NCBI GenBank assembly: GCA_964406675.1
Contig: CAYOSP010000003.1
Location: forward strand, 63,007 to 127,006
Length of the DNA: 64,000 nucleotides
From: an uncultured Eubacteriales bacterium
Lineage (GTDB): Bacteria; Actinomycetota; Coriobacteriia; Anaerosomatales; JAUVQN01
Direction: 5' to 3'
Below are positions 51,453 through 60,721 of this stretch, piece by piece. The notes below the pieces were generated by a model that did not search any database, had not been told where the DNA came from, and was given only the letters and a program-made list of their open reading frames with translations. Positions within the stretch are counted from its first letter, which is position 1. Each line of letters begins with the position of its first letter. The translations under genes were made by a program, and so were the position numbers.

Positions 51453-51806
51453 ATGGTACAGGCGATCACGGATGCCCTGGGGGTGAGCCCGGCCGTCGCG
51501 TGGGCGCTCATGGTCCTCGGCGTGGTCCAGTTGGGCGTCCAGGTCGTCGCGCTCGTGGATCTCGTGAGGCGCGACCGGGTGCTGTTCGACAAGAAGTGGA
51601 TCTGGGCGTTCGTGATCGTGCTGATCAGCAACCTCGCGATCGGCGCGATCGTCTACTTCGCGGTCGGGCGACGGGTGCCGCAGCGGATCGAGGAGGACGA
51701 GCATCCCGGCGGGCGGCCCGAGGAGGACCTGCGCGCGTCGCGTGAGCGCACGCAGGCCGCGGTGGACGCTCTGTACGGCGGGGAGGACGGCGGGGAGGAC
51801 CGATGA
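51453..51806 (+). CDS. PLDc_N-domain small membrane protein
   Basis: Track ORF 51183..51806, trimmed to ATG 51453 (GAGGAG SD). LVDLVRRD...KKWIWAFVIVLISNLAIGAIVYFAVGRR fits the PLDc_N two-helix pattern. ATGA overlap with the ABC ATPase. Confidence 0.6.
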   Translation: MVQAITDALGVSPAVAWALMVLGVVQLGVQVVALVDLVRRDRVLFDKKWIWAFVIVLISNLAIGAIVYFAVGRRVPQRIEEDEHPGGRPEEDLRASRERTQAAVDALYGGEDGGEDR

Positions 51807-52726
51807 CGGTCGCGATCGAGATGGACGGCCTCACCAAGGTCTACGGGAAGACACGCGCTCTCGACGAGGTGACCCTGGAGGTGCCTGAGGGCTCCATATA
51901 CGGATTCCTCGGGCCGAACGGTGCGGGCAAGACGACCGCTCTGCGCATACTCACCGGACTGGCCACGCCCACCTCGGGGACGGCGCGCGTGTTCGGACAC
52001 GACGTGGTGCGCGCGGGCGACGACGTCCGAGCGATGCTCGGCTTCCTGCCGGACGTGCCCGGCTACTACGAGTGGATGACCGCCGAGGAGTTCCTGCGTC
52101 TCTGCGGGAAGCTGTTCGCGATCTCCGGCACGACGCTCGACCGGCGGATCGAGGCGTTGCTCGACATGGCGGGTCTCAGAGGCGTCGATACGAGGATCGG
52201 CGGCTACTCGCGCGGGATGAAGCAGCGCTTGGGTGTGGCGCAGGCGCTCATCGACTCGCCGAGGCTGCTCATGCTCGACGAGCCGACCAGCGCGCTCGAT
52301 CCGATCGGTCGCAAGGACGTGCTCGAGATGATCCGCGCGCTCAAGGGGCGCGCCACGGTGTTCTTCTCGACGCACATCCTGACCGACGTGGAGCGGGTCT
52401 GCGACACGGTCGCCATCCTCGACGAGGGCCGGGTGGTCGAGCAGTCCTCGATCGCGGCGCTGAAGGACCGGCGCGGCGCGCACCGGGTGATCGTGCGGGT
52501 GACCGCCGGCGCCGAGGCGCTCGAAGCGGCGCTCGCCGAGCAGGGATGGGTGGCCGAGTGCGAGCGCGAGGACGAGACGCTGCGCTGCATGGTGAGCGAC
52601 CTGGCGGAAGCACGGAAGGCGATACCGCGGCTCGTCGCATCCCACGACCTATCGCTCGTGAGGATGGACGACGAGGAGCCGACGCTCGAAGACGTGTTCG
52701 TCGGCCTGGTGGGAGGCGGTGGGTGA
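51803..52726 (+). CDS. ABC transporter ATP-binding protein (ABC-2/exporter type)
   Basis: Walker A GPNGAGKTT, signature YSRGMKQRL, Walker B LLMLDEPTSALD. Confidence 0.9.
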   Translation: MTVAIEMDGLTKVYGKTRALDEVTLEVPEGSIYGFLGPNGAGKTTALRILTGLATPTSGTARVFGHDVVRAGDDVRAMLGFLPDVPGYYEWMTAEEFLRLCGKLFAISGTTLDRRIEALLDMAGLRGVDTRIGGYSRGMKQRLGVAQALIDSPRLLMLDEPTSALDPIGRKDVLEMIRALKGRATVFFSTHILTDVERVCDTVAILDEGRVVEQSSIAALKDRRGAHRVIVRVTAGAEALEAALAEQGWVAECEREDETLRCMVSDLAEARKAIPRLVASHDLSLVRMDDEEPTLEDVFVGLVGGGG

Positions 52727-53490
52727 TGCACGGGTTCCGCGTGTTCCTCGCGAAGGAGTTCAAGGAGATCGCGCGTACATGGCGAATCTGGGTGCTGCCG
52801 GCGATCGTGATCGGTCTGGGCGTCATGAGCCCGGTGATCGCCGAGATCACGCCGGACCTGATCGAGTCGCTCGCGACCGATCAGCCCGGTCTGACCATCG
52901 AGATACCCGACCCGACGATGGTCGACGCGTATCTGCAGTTCAGCAAGAACCTGCAGCAGATCGTGCTCATCGCCGTGGTGATCGCGGTAGCGGGCATGGT
53001 CGCCGGCGAGCGGAAGGATTCGACGACGACGCTCATGCTCACCAAGCCGCTGAGCCGGGAGGGGTTCGTCGTCGCCAAGGTGATCGGCAACTGGGTGCTC
53101 GTCATCGGAGCCACGATAGTCGGGGCGCTCGTCTGCTGGGGCGGCGCGCAGTTCTTCTTCGAGGATCGACTCGTCGGCGAGTTCGCCCGGCTGGTGGGGC
53201 TGTGGCTGCTGCTGGCGATGATGGTGGTCGGCATCATGGCGCTGCTCAGCGCCGCCCTGAACTCGCAGGGAGGAGCTGCCGGGGCGGGAGTCGCGGTGTA
53301 CCTCGTCCTCAGCATCCTGTCCCAGTGGGGACCCGCTCGCGACTACAGCCCCGCCGGACTGGTGACGCTCGGCGATCGGCTCCTGCTCGGGAAGGAGGCC
53401 GTCGTCCTATGGCCCGTGCTCACGACGACGGTGGTCACCTTCGTCGCCGTCGCCGCGGCGGCGCTGGTGTTCAGGCGCCAGGAGATCTGA
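52726..53490 (+). CDS. ABC-2 type transporter permease
   Basis: Track ORF 52072..53490, trimmed to ATG 52726 (TGATG overlap). About 6 TM segments, starting MHGFRVFLAKEFKEIARTWRIW, typical of ABC-2 permeases. Confidence 0.75.
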   Translation: MHGFRVFLAKEFKEIARTWRIWVLPAIVIGLGVMSPVIAEITPDLIESLATDQPGLTIEIPDPTMVDAYLQFSKNLQQIVLIAVVIAVAGMVAGERKDSTTTLMLTKPLSREGFVVAKVIGNWVLVIGATIVGALVCWGGAQFFFEDRLVGEFARLVGLWLLLAMMVVGIMALLSAALNSQGGAAGAGVAVYLVLSILSQWGPARDYSPAGLVTLGDRLLLGKEAVVLWPVLTTTVVTFVAVAAAALVFRRQEI

Positions 53491-53497
53491 GGCGGGA

Positions 53498-54028
53498 TCA
53501 GAGGTACGTCTTCGCCTCGCGGTCGAGTTCGATGTGCGTCTCCTCGACACGGCCGACGGCCTCGAAGACCTCCTTGACGCGCTCGTTCGTGGCGCGGCCG
53601 TGGAACTCCCGGTACAGGTTCCGCGCCTTGTCCTCGCGCTGCAGGGAGTCCTCGAGGTCGGAGCCGAACGAGCCCGTCGACTCGCCGGGTTCCATGAGGT
53701 CGGCGGGCTTGTCGACCCGCAGCAGCTTGCAGAAGAGCTCGCAGTGTTCCGCCTCGACCTTGGCGAGACGCTTGAAGTAGCTGGTGAGTGCGTCGTTCCC
53801 GGGGTTCTTGGCGGCGGCGAGGTAGAAGCGGGTATTGGAGAGCTCGACCTCCACCGAGGCCTCGAGGTCCGCCTTCTCCCGCTCGGTGAGCTGCACGTCG
53901 TTGATGTCCGCGGGGTAGTCGCGGGACTCGACGATATAGTCGAGCTCGGCTCCGCAGAACGGGCAGTGACTCGGCCGTTCGGCGCCGAGGTAGGTGTCTC
54001 CACAGATCCGACAGCGATACAGCTTCAT
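53498..54028 (-). CDS. rubrerythrin-family protein with an N-terminal rubredoxin-like Cys4 site (reverse-rubrerythrin arrangement)
   Basis: Track ORF 53498..54616, trimmed to ATG 54028 (GAGGAAGGGA SD; ATGA overlap with the upstream gene). CRIC...CPFC, then a ferritin-like domain with two ExxH motifs (EAEH, EETH). Confidence 0.8.
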   Translation of the reverse strand: MKLYRCRICGDTYLGAERPSHCPFCGAELDYIVESRDYPADINDVQLTEREKADLEASVEVELSNTRFYLAAAKNPGNDALTSYFKRLAKVEAEHCELFCKLLRVDKPADLMEPGESTGSFGSDLEDSLQREDKARNLYREFHGRATNERVKEVFEAVGRVEETHIELDREAKTYL

Positions 54029-54558
54029 GCGTCCGTCCCTTCCTCGTCGTCCAGTCCGAGAGCCTCGGCGAGCCGCTCCCCGAATCCGGTCGCGGCCTCC
54101 GGGCCGCTCGCCGTGATGATCGTGCCGTCCTGCTCCACCGGCGCATCGGTGACCTCGGCGCCGGCGCTCACGAGCGCGTCGCGGGCCGACGAGAAGCAGG
54201 TGGCGGGCCGGCCCTCGAGCAGGCCCGCGTTCGCCAGGACCGTCGGCGCGATGCAGATCGCCGCCACCGGCTTGCCGTCCTCGTACATCCGTCGAGCGAG
54301 AGAACGTGCGTCCAGGTCGTCGAAGAAGACCTCCGAGCCGCCGCCGCCCACGAACACCACGGCGTCGTAGTCGCTCGGGTCCGCCTCGAACAGCGCCACC
54401 TCCGCCCTCGCCATGAGGCCCAGCTTGCCTCGGCACGGCCCGGGTGCGACGCTCGCGGTCACCACGCGAGCGCCTCTCTCCCGCAGCACGTCCCGCGGCT
54501 CCACGTACTCCTCGTCGCGGAACCCCTCGGGCGCTATGACCATGAGCACGGTGGTCAT
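54025..54558 (-). CDS. DJ-1/PfpI family protein
   Basis: 177 aa. Nucleophile-elbow context VAAICIAP and the DJ-1 fold pattern (YDAVVFVGGGG). Confidence 0.85.
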   Translation of the reverse strand: MTTVLMVIAPEGFRDEEYVEPRDVLRERGARVVTASVAPGPCRGKLGLMARAEVALFEADPSDYDAVVFVGGGGSEVFFDDLDARSLARRMYEDGKPVAAICIAPTVLANAGLLEGRPATCFSSARDALVSAGAEVTDAPVEQDGTIITASGPEAATGFGERLAEALGLDDEEGTDA

Positions 54559-55628
54559 CGGTCCGACTCCCTCGACTCGGTCTCTCCCTCATCCCGGTCT
54601 CGTACGGCATCATCACATATGCCCGGAATGCCGGGAGGCGCCGACCGCTCGCGGCGACGCTTCGCCAGGCGCTCCACGCCGAACACGGGGAGTCCGACGA
54701 CCACCGTGGTGAGGATCCCCGTCGCGTGCAGCAATGCGGCCGCGAGGATGGCGTGTGCGGCCACCTGCTCCATGCCGCCGCCGATCAGGCCGTAGGCGGC
54801 CTCGTAGACGCCCATGTTCCCGGGCGTGAACATGACCGCGCCCAGGGTGTGCTTCACGGTCGTGTAGACGGCGAGGCGGGCGGGATCCACCTGGAGGTCG
54901 AGCGCACCGAAGGCGAGCAGGTTCGCGTACATGCCGAGCGCGAAGTTCACCAGCCCCAGGGTGACCATGATGATCAGCGTGCTGGGATGGTGGATGGCGT
55001 TCAGCGTGCCCGTCGAGAGCCGGTAGAGTCGCGCTCTCCAGCGGTGCTCGGGGGGCGGCGCCGGCCGGTCGCGGAAGTACGACCTGGTCCCCACGAGGAG
55101 ACCCACGCCGAGCACGAGCAGACCCGCGAGGACGAGCCAGGCGGGCGCTCCGGCCATCCGGAGTCCGGGTCGGTCCACGAGGACGATCCCGAGCGCGAAG
55201 AAGAGCGAGAGCAGCCTGTCGAGATACGTGTACGCGAGGAACGCGGCGAGGTAGTTGGTGTAGCTGAGCCCCCAGCCCTGCTTGAGCGAGACCGCGCGGT
55301 AGGCGTTGCCGGTCTGGGGGAGGAACAGGTTCAGCAGTCTGCCGACCACGAACACGCGGAGCCAGGAGAGTTGTCGCATGTCCGTCCCGAAGGACCTGTA
55401 CACGTACAGGTAGCGCAGCGCCATGAGGTAGTTGGTGACGACGGCCAACGCGGAGAGCGCGAGCAGCGGAGCGAGCTCCACCTCGGCGATGACGGCGAAG
55501 TCCTCGCGATTGGCGGACCCGTACCAGACGAGGCCGGCCAGCAGCACGACGAAGAGGAGCCACTGCCCCCGCTTGCCGGAGAAGAAGTCCTTCGTCCACA
55601 CGCCTACGCGTCGCACGCTTCGATCCAT
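54555..55628 (-). CDS. flippase-like membrane protein (LPG-synthase TM / UPF0104 family)
   Basis: Track ORF 54555..56522, trimmed to ATG 55628. About 8 TM segments. The RLLNLFLPQTGNAYRAV and TPGNMGVYEAA patterns are typical of this family. Confidence 0.7.
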   Translation of the reverse strand: MDRSVRRVGVWTKDFFSGKRGQWLLFVVLLAGLVWYGSANREDFAVIAEVELAPLLALSALAVVTNYLMALRYLYVYRSFGTDMRQLSWLRVFVVGRLLNLFLPQTGNAYRAVSLKQGWGLSYTNYLAAFLAYTYLDRLLSLFFALGIVLVDRPGLRMAGAPAWLVLAGLLVLGVGLLVGTRSYFRDRPAPPPEHRWRARLYRLSTGTLNAIHHPSTLIIMVTLGLVNFALGMYANLLAFGALDLQVDPARLAVYTTVKHTLGAVMFTPGNMGVYEAAYGLIGGGMEQVAAHAILAAALLHATGILTTVVVGLPVFGVERLAKRRRERSAPPGIPGICDDAVRDRDEGETESRESDR

Positions 55629-56803
55629 CCCCGCCGTTCCGCGATCAGCTTCTCGAACAGCGCTTCGTACGCGTCGGCGATGAGGTCCCAGTCGAACTCC
55701 TCGCACATGCGCTCGCGCGCTTTGCGCGCCATGCTCCGACGCAGCGCGTCGTCGCACAGTATGCGCTCCAGGGAGTCGGCGAGGGAAGCGGCCGAGTGGT
55801 CCTTCGCGACGTATCCGGTGTGGCCGTCCACGACCACGTCCTCCGCGCCGGCGAAGGGGGCGACGACGGTCGGCAGGCCGCACGCCTGCGCCTCCAGGAC
55901 CGCGTTGGGCATTCCTTCCAGGCGGGAGGGCAGGCAGAACACCGTGGCCCGGCGCAGGAAGGCCGGCAGGTCCTCGTCGGACAGCCGGCCCGTGAAGACC
56001 ACGTCCCCTTCGCGGTTCGACCTCGCGGCCCGCGTCCGCAGCGTGCGCTCGAGCGCACCGCAGCCCGCGACGTGCAGCCGGCAGGCCACGCCACGGTCCC
56101 TGAGCAGGGCCTGCGCGTCGATCAGCGCGGCGACGTTCTTGCGGGAGACGAGTCTTCCCGCGTAGGCGATGATCGGCTCGCCGACCGGTTCTCCGCTCGC
56201 CACTTCGTCCGCCTCCTCGGAAGGCGGTGCGGGAGACGGCGCGGGAGACGGTGCGAACTTCGCGGTGTCCACGCCGTTGACGATGGTGGACATGCGCTCG
56301 GGCGATACGCCGTAGCGGTCGGTGAGGATCCGGGCCACGTGGTCGTGGTTGGCCACGATCCAGTCGGCGTCGGCGAAGACGCTCCGCTCGAGGACCGGTA
56401 TCGCGAAGCGCCTCAGCAGCCATTCGGCGAAGAGGAGTGGGGTGTGTCGCCGCATCGCCGCGGCCTCCCCGAGCGAAGAGGTGGGCACGCGGACGACCCG
56501 GGGACGCGGGCGGAGGCGCCACGCCATGGGCGGGTGCGTGACCAGCACGACGTCCGGACGCGGGTCGTTCCTGCGAGCGAACCGCCGCGTGAACGCGAGT
56601 GAGGAGACGATCGGCAGGTCCGGTACCGGTATCGGGACGACGTGGTCGGCGTCGAGCGTCATGCCCTCGGACCGCTCAAGCTTGTAGACGAGGACATCGT
56701 GGCCGCGCTCCATCAGACGGTCGACCAGCGAGCCGAGGAAGGCCTCCTTGCCCGTGGAGCGAGAATCCGGCGAGTACTCCGTCGCGAGGATCGCGATCCT
56801 CAT
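55604..56803 (-). CDS. GT4 family (GT-B) glycosyltransferase, PimA-like fold
   Basis: E-x7-E motif EGMPNAVLEAQACGLPTVV. The N-terminus MRIAILATEY is obtained if ATG 56803 is used, which gives an ATGA overlap with the epimerase stop. The track start is 56818. Confidence 0.85.
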   Translation of the reverse strand: MRIAILATEYSPDSRSTGKEAFLGSLVDRLMERGHDVLVYKLERSEGMTLDADHVVPIPVPDLPIVSSLAFTRRFARRNDPRPDVVLVTHPPMAWRLRPRPRVVRVPTSSLGEAAAMRRHTPLLFAEWLLRRFAIPVLERSVFADADWIVANHDHVARILTDRYGVSPERMSTIVNGVDTAKFAPSPAPSPAPPSEEADEVASGEPVGEPIIAYAGRLVSRKNVAALIDAQALLRDRGVACRLHVAGCGALERTLRTRAARSNREGDVVFTGRLSDEDLPAFLRRATVFCLPSRLEGMPNAVLEAQACGLPTVVAPFAGAEDVVVDGHTGYVAKDHSAASLADSLERILCDDALRRSMARKARERMCEEFDWDLIADAYEALFEKLIAERRGWIEACDA

Positions 56804-57747
56804 CCGCCGCGCTGCCATCCGACCTGCGCCTCGAGGCCGTCACGCAGATCAGTCACCGGCGTGTATCCGAGGCCGCCGGCGACGGAGATGTCCGCCAGCG
56901 TGTGCGGCACGTCCCCCGGCTGCTTCCCCGGAGCCGTGCGCTCGAACGCGCCGAGTATGTCACCGATGGCGTCGAGTACCGCGTTGAGCGTGGCCGGCCT
57001 CCCGGAGCCCAGGTTGACCACCGTGCCCGGCGTCGCCTCGGCGGCGAGCATCGTCCCGGCCACCGCGTCGTCCACGTAGGTGTAGTCGCGCGTCTGCTCC
57101 CCGTCGCCGAACACGGGTACCGGCTCTCCATCGAGGATGCGGCGGATGAAGCGACGGAACGCCATGTCGGGACGCTGTCTCGGCCCGTAGACGGTGAAAT
57201 AGCGCAGGATCACCGTCGGGACGCCGTGGTTCTCGAGATAGGTCCGGCACAGCTGCTCCGCCGACGCCTTCGTGACCGCGTAGGGGGAGTACGGGCGCAG
57301 CGGATCGTCCTCGCGCATGGGCGTGGGTTCGGTGCGCCGGCCGTATACCGATGAGGACGAGGCGAGCACGAACCTCCCGCAGCCGGTGCGCGTACACGCC
57401 TCGAGCAGGTTCTGGGTGCTGAGCACGTTGTCGCGGAGGTGGGACTCGAAGCCGTCGGCCCAACTGGTCCGCACGCCCGGCTGACCGGCCAGGTGGTAGA
57501 CGACGGTGGCGCCGTCGACGACGTCGGCGAGTGCGTGGCGCGCCGACGGCGACGCGAGGTCCGTCTCCAGGAGCTCGAAGCGGTCGTCGGTCGCCAGTCT
57601 CGAGAGGTTGGCTCGCTTGGCGTCACGGCTGTAGTGGTCGGTGAACGCGTCGATCCCGATGACGCGGTATCCCTCGACCACGAGCCGCTCGCTGAGATGC
57701 GAACCGATGAAGCCTGCGGCTCCCGTGACGACGGCCCTTCTCGTCAT
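56800..57747 (-). CDS. NAD-dependent nucleotide-sugar epimerase/dehydratase (extended SDR)
   Basis: VTGAAGFIGSHL and YSPYAVTKASAE (YxxxK) motifs. ATGA overlap with the upstream gene. Confidence 0.9.
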   Translation of the reverse strand: MTRRAVVTGAAGFIGSHLSERLVVEGYRVIGIDAFTDHYSRDAKRANLSRLATDDRFELLETDLASPSARHALADVVDGATVVYHLAGQPGVRTSWADGFESHLRDNVLSTQNLLEACTRTGCGRFVLASSSSVYGRRTEPTPMREDDPLRPYSPYAVTKASAEQLCRTYLENHGVPTVILRYFTVYGPRQRPDMAFRRFIRRILDGEPVPVFGDGEQTRDYTYVDDAVAGTMLAAEATPGTVVNLGSGRPATLNAVLDAIGDILGAFERTAPGKQPGDVPHTLADISVAGGLGYTPVTDLRDGLEAQVGWQRGG

Positions 57748-58943
57748 GTGATGTCCATGTCGTAGACGCGGTAGGTCTTGTACCGCTCGCCGCCCATGGA
57801 CTCGGTCCCGCGGATGACCAGGTCGTTGTCTTCGAGCAGCAGCGAGACGTCACATTGCAGGTAGCCGATCCTCCGCGCGTAGTCGTGCATGCGTCGGTAC
57901 AGGAGGGCGTCGATGCCGCGCTTGCGCCATCCGGGGCGTATGCCGAAGAACATGAGCCTCGCCCGGGGCGTGTGTCGACGTCCCTTGAGCAGGCGGGCGA
58001 TGCGTATGGCGTCGCGGTCGCCGTACCAGCGCCAACGCGGGCGGAGCCACCAGTTGGGATCCGGGAAGGCCCCCAGGACCGCGACCGGCTCGCCGTCGAA
58101 GTAGGCGAAGCGGACCAGTCCGGGGTCGGCCACCACGCGCAGGCCTTCGGCGATGATCTCGGCCTCGGCGTTGGTGATCGGCAGGAATCCCCAGTTGCGC
58201 GCCCACGCCTCGTTGTAGATCCGGATCACCAGGTCGATCTCCTCGTGGAAGCGGTCGAGGTCGATCTCCCGGAGTTCGATGTGTCCCTTCTCCTCGACCC
58301 GACGGGCCACCGCGACGAGCCTGGGGTCGGGATCCCGCTGCACGTCGACCATGTAGGCGTAGTAGTCCTTCGCCTTTCGGAGACCGTAGCGCTCGAAGAA
58401 CCCCGCGTAGTAGGGCGGGTTGTGCGTGAGTTCCATCGTCGGCGAGACGTCGAATCCCTCCACCAGGCAGCCTTGTCGCTCGTGCGTGGCGTTGGAGTAC
58501 TCGCCGGGACCGCGCATGACCTCCATGCCTCGCTCGCGCAGCCATCCGCGCGCGGCGTCGAGGAGCGTTTCGGCGACGGAGTGGTCCTCGACGGTCTCGA
58601 AGAACCCGAAGAAGCCGATGCGGGAGCCGTAGTACTCGTTGAAGCGGTGATTGACGGCGGCCGACACCCTTCCCACGACCTCGCCTCCTCGACGCGCGAG
58701 GAAATGCGTGACGTCGGCCCAGCCGTGATACGGATGCTCCGGCGTCAGCAGGCCCTTCGTACCGAGCAGGCGACTGCCGAGCAGGTCCGCGCCGAGCTGC
58801 GGGGTCCAGTACGGATCGTTCTCGTAGAGACGCCACGGAAGGTGGACGAACTCCTTGAGTCGCGGATCCCCCAGAGGGATCTCCTCGATGGCGACGCCCT
58901 GCTCCGTGGATGTCCTGACCGGCGATACCAGCAGTCTCGGCAC
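57744..58943 (-). CDS. 399-aa hypothetical protein, probable GNAT-fold acyltransferase (function unknown)
   Basis: The N-terminus LKEFVHLPWRLYENDPYWTPQL and the C-terminal half (IRPGWRKRGIDALLY) resemble a widespread uncharacterised two-domain N-acyltransferase-like family. This is from memory and not verified. Confidence 0.55.
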   Translation of the reverse strand: MPRLLVSPVRTSTEQGVAIEEIPLGDPRLKEFVHLPWRLYENDPYWTPQLGADLLGSRLLGTKGLLTPEHPYHGWADVTHFLARRGGEVVGRVSAAVNHRFNEYYGSRIGFFGFFETVEDHSVAETLLDAARGWLRERGMEVMRGPGEYSNATHERQGCLVEGFDVSPTMELTHNPPYYAGFFERYGLRKAKDYYAYMVDVQRDPDPRLVAVARRVEEKGHIELREIDLDRFHEEIDLVIRIYNEAWARNWGFLPITNAEAEIIAEGLRVVADPGLVRFAYFDGEPVAVLGAFPDPNWWLRPRWRWYGDRDAIRIARLLKGRRHTPRARLMFFGIRPGWRKRGIDALLYRRMHDYARRIGYLQCDVSLLLEDNDLVIRGTESMGGERYKTYRVYDMDIT

Positions 58944-59030
58944 GTGCGCTCCCCAGGGTGGATGCTCGTCACCGGCAGAGCGTAGCAGAACCGTCCGCCG
59001 ACCTGCCGGGTGCTATACACTTGAAGGACC

Positions 59031-59996
59031 GTGCACCCGTCGGGAGGATCGGTCGCGTTGACGACTTCATTCGAGGTTGTGGCGAACAGCAGGACAGGTC
59101 TCGGCCTCGCGATGGGCCTCGGCAGGACCATGCCCCCGTCCTTCGGACGCCGGGTGGCGCGCGGGGTGTCGAGGATGGTCGTGGCGGCCGACGGCCCGCT
59201 CGTAGCCGCGGTCCGCGCGAACCAGTCCGTGGTCGCCGGGGGGTCGCTCACCAAGGCGGAGCTCGACGATCGCGCGCTGGAGGTCTTCCAGTACACGGCC
59301 ATGTCGCTGTACGACTTCTACCACCGCCTCGACGACGATGAGGCGATACATGCGCTCGTGGTCTACGCCCCGGGCCTCGAGGACCGGCTGGAGGAGTGGA
59401 AGCGCGAGGAGCGCGGCATCTGCTTCGTAGGCCCCCACCTGGCCGGATTCGATATCGTCCTGCGGTCGCTCGCGCTGCGTGGGCTCAGGCCGCAGACGCT
59501 GTCGCTGCCGGATCCGAGCGAGGCGCAGCGCCGCGAGAACGAGCTCAGGCGCCAGGTCGGGCTCGACGTGACGCCGATCGGTCACGAGGCCCTCAAGCAG
59601 GCCACGCGTACGCTGGCGGCCGGCGGGCACGTGCTCACGGGTGTGGACTTCCCGGTGCCCCGGGCCAAGATGCGCTCGACGTTCTTCGGCCGTCCGGCCG
59701 GGTTGCCCACGGTCCACGTCCGGCTCGCGCTCGGCACGGGATCCCCGGTGGTGCTGCTCCACTCTCTGCGCACGGCCGAGGGTCTGTACGAGCTGCACGC
59801 CTCCGAGCCGGTCGAGATGGTCCGGCAGGGGGACAGGAGGGAGACGATCCGCGCGAACACGGAGCGCATCCTCGCGATGGTCGCCGAGCGGATCTCCGCG
59901 GCGCCGACGCAGTGGGGGATGACGCATCGCGTGTGGCCGGATGAGGAGCAGGCTCCGGAGCACGCTCGGGAGCACGCTCCGGGACGGGACGGCTAG
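59031..59996 (+). CDS. lipid A biosynthesis (HtrB/LpxL)-family lysophospholipid acyltransferase, PatA-like
   Basis: HX4D-type motif in FVGPHLAGFDIV. Size and layout fit the family. Start codon uncertain. Confidence 0.7.
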   Translation: MHPSGGSVALTTSFEVVANSRTGLGLAMGLGRTMPPSFGRRVARGVSRMVVAADGPLVAAVRANQSVVAGGSLTKAELDDRALEVFQYTAMSLYDFYHRLDDDEAIHALVVYAPGLEDRLEEWKREERGICFVGPHLAGFDIVLRSLALRGLRPQTLSLPDPSEAQRRENELRRQVGLDVTPIGHEALKQATRTLAAGGHVLTGVDFPVPRAKMRSTFFGRPAGLPTVHVRLALGTGSPVVLLHSLRTAEGLYELHASEPVEMVRQGDRRETIRANTERILAMVAERISAAPTQWGMTHRVWPDEEQAPEHAREHAPGRDG

Positions 59997-60032
59997 ACGG
60001 GATCCCCTCGGGATGCCGGGAGGAGGCGCACG

Positions 60033-60704
60033 TTGGCGGACATCGCCGCGCACGAGCGGGTACATCGGATGATCCTCGGGCCGCTGGAGCGGCCCGCTCT
60101 GCGTTGGCTGGCCCGCAAGGTCCCGCGCTGGGTGACGCCCGACAAGCTCACGATGCTGGGCGTGCTCGGCTCGGTCGTCATCTTCGCCGGATACTGGCTC
60201 ACGAACGTCTCACCCTGGTTCCTGTGGCTGGCCAGCTTCGGGTTCGCCATGAACTGGCTGGGCGACAGCCTGGACGGGACGCTCGCGCGCTACCGCGAGG
60301 AGGAGCGGCCCAAGTACGGGTTCTTCGTCGACCACGCGGTGGACGCCGTGAGCGAGTTCCTCGTGTTCATGGGGCTCGGACTCTCCGTCTACATGCAGTT
60401 CGAGGTGGCCGCGACGGCGCTCATCGGATACCTGCTCGTGTCCGCGCTCTCCTACATCCGCACCGCGGTGGACGGCCGGTTCCAGATCAGTTACGGGCGC
60501 ATCGGCCCCACCGAACTGCGCGTGCTCGTCGTGCTCGCCAACACGGCGCTCTTCTTCCTCGGGAACGCGTCGTTCCGCGTGCCCCTGCTGGGCGACCTCA
60601 CGGTCCTCGACGTGGCGGGTATCATCATCGCGTTGGGCCTGATCGGCACGTTCTTCGTGTCGACGGCGAGGCAGGTGGCCGAGTTGCGTGCGATAGGGAA
60701 GTAG
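60033..60704 (+). CDS. CDP-alcohol phosphatidyltransferase family protein
   Basis: Full signature D-x2-DG-x2-AR...G-x3-D-x3-D in GDSLDGTLARYREEERPKYGFFVDHAVDAVSE. About 6 TM segments. TTG start. Confidence 0.85.
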   Translation: MADIAAHERVHRMILGPLERPALRWLARKVPRWVTPDKLTMLGVLGSVVIFAGYWLTNVSPWFLWLASFGFAMNWLGDSLDGTLARYREEERPKYGFFVDHAVDAVSEFLVFMGLGLSVYMQFEVAATALIGYLLVSALSYIRTAVDGRFQISYGRIGPTELRVLVVLANTALFFLGNASFRVPLLGDLTVLDVAGIIIALGLIGTFFVSTARQVAELRAIGK

Positions 60705-60721
60705 CCGGGGAGAAGCCGACG

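Noticed and set aside
48758-51631. 957-aa minus-strand ORF antisense to thiI and the DUF3524 gene
   Set aside because: Antisense artefact of GC-rich sequence. The plus-strand genes have a PP-loop and GT motifs and tight operon spacing.
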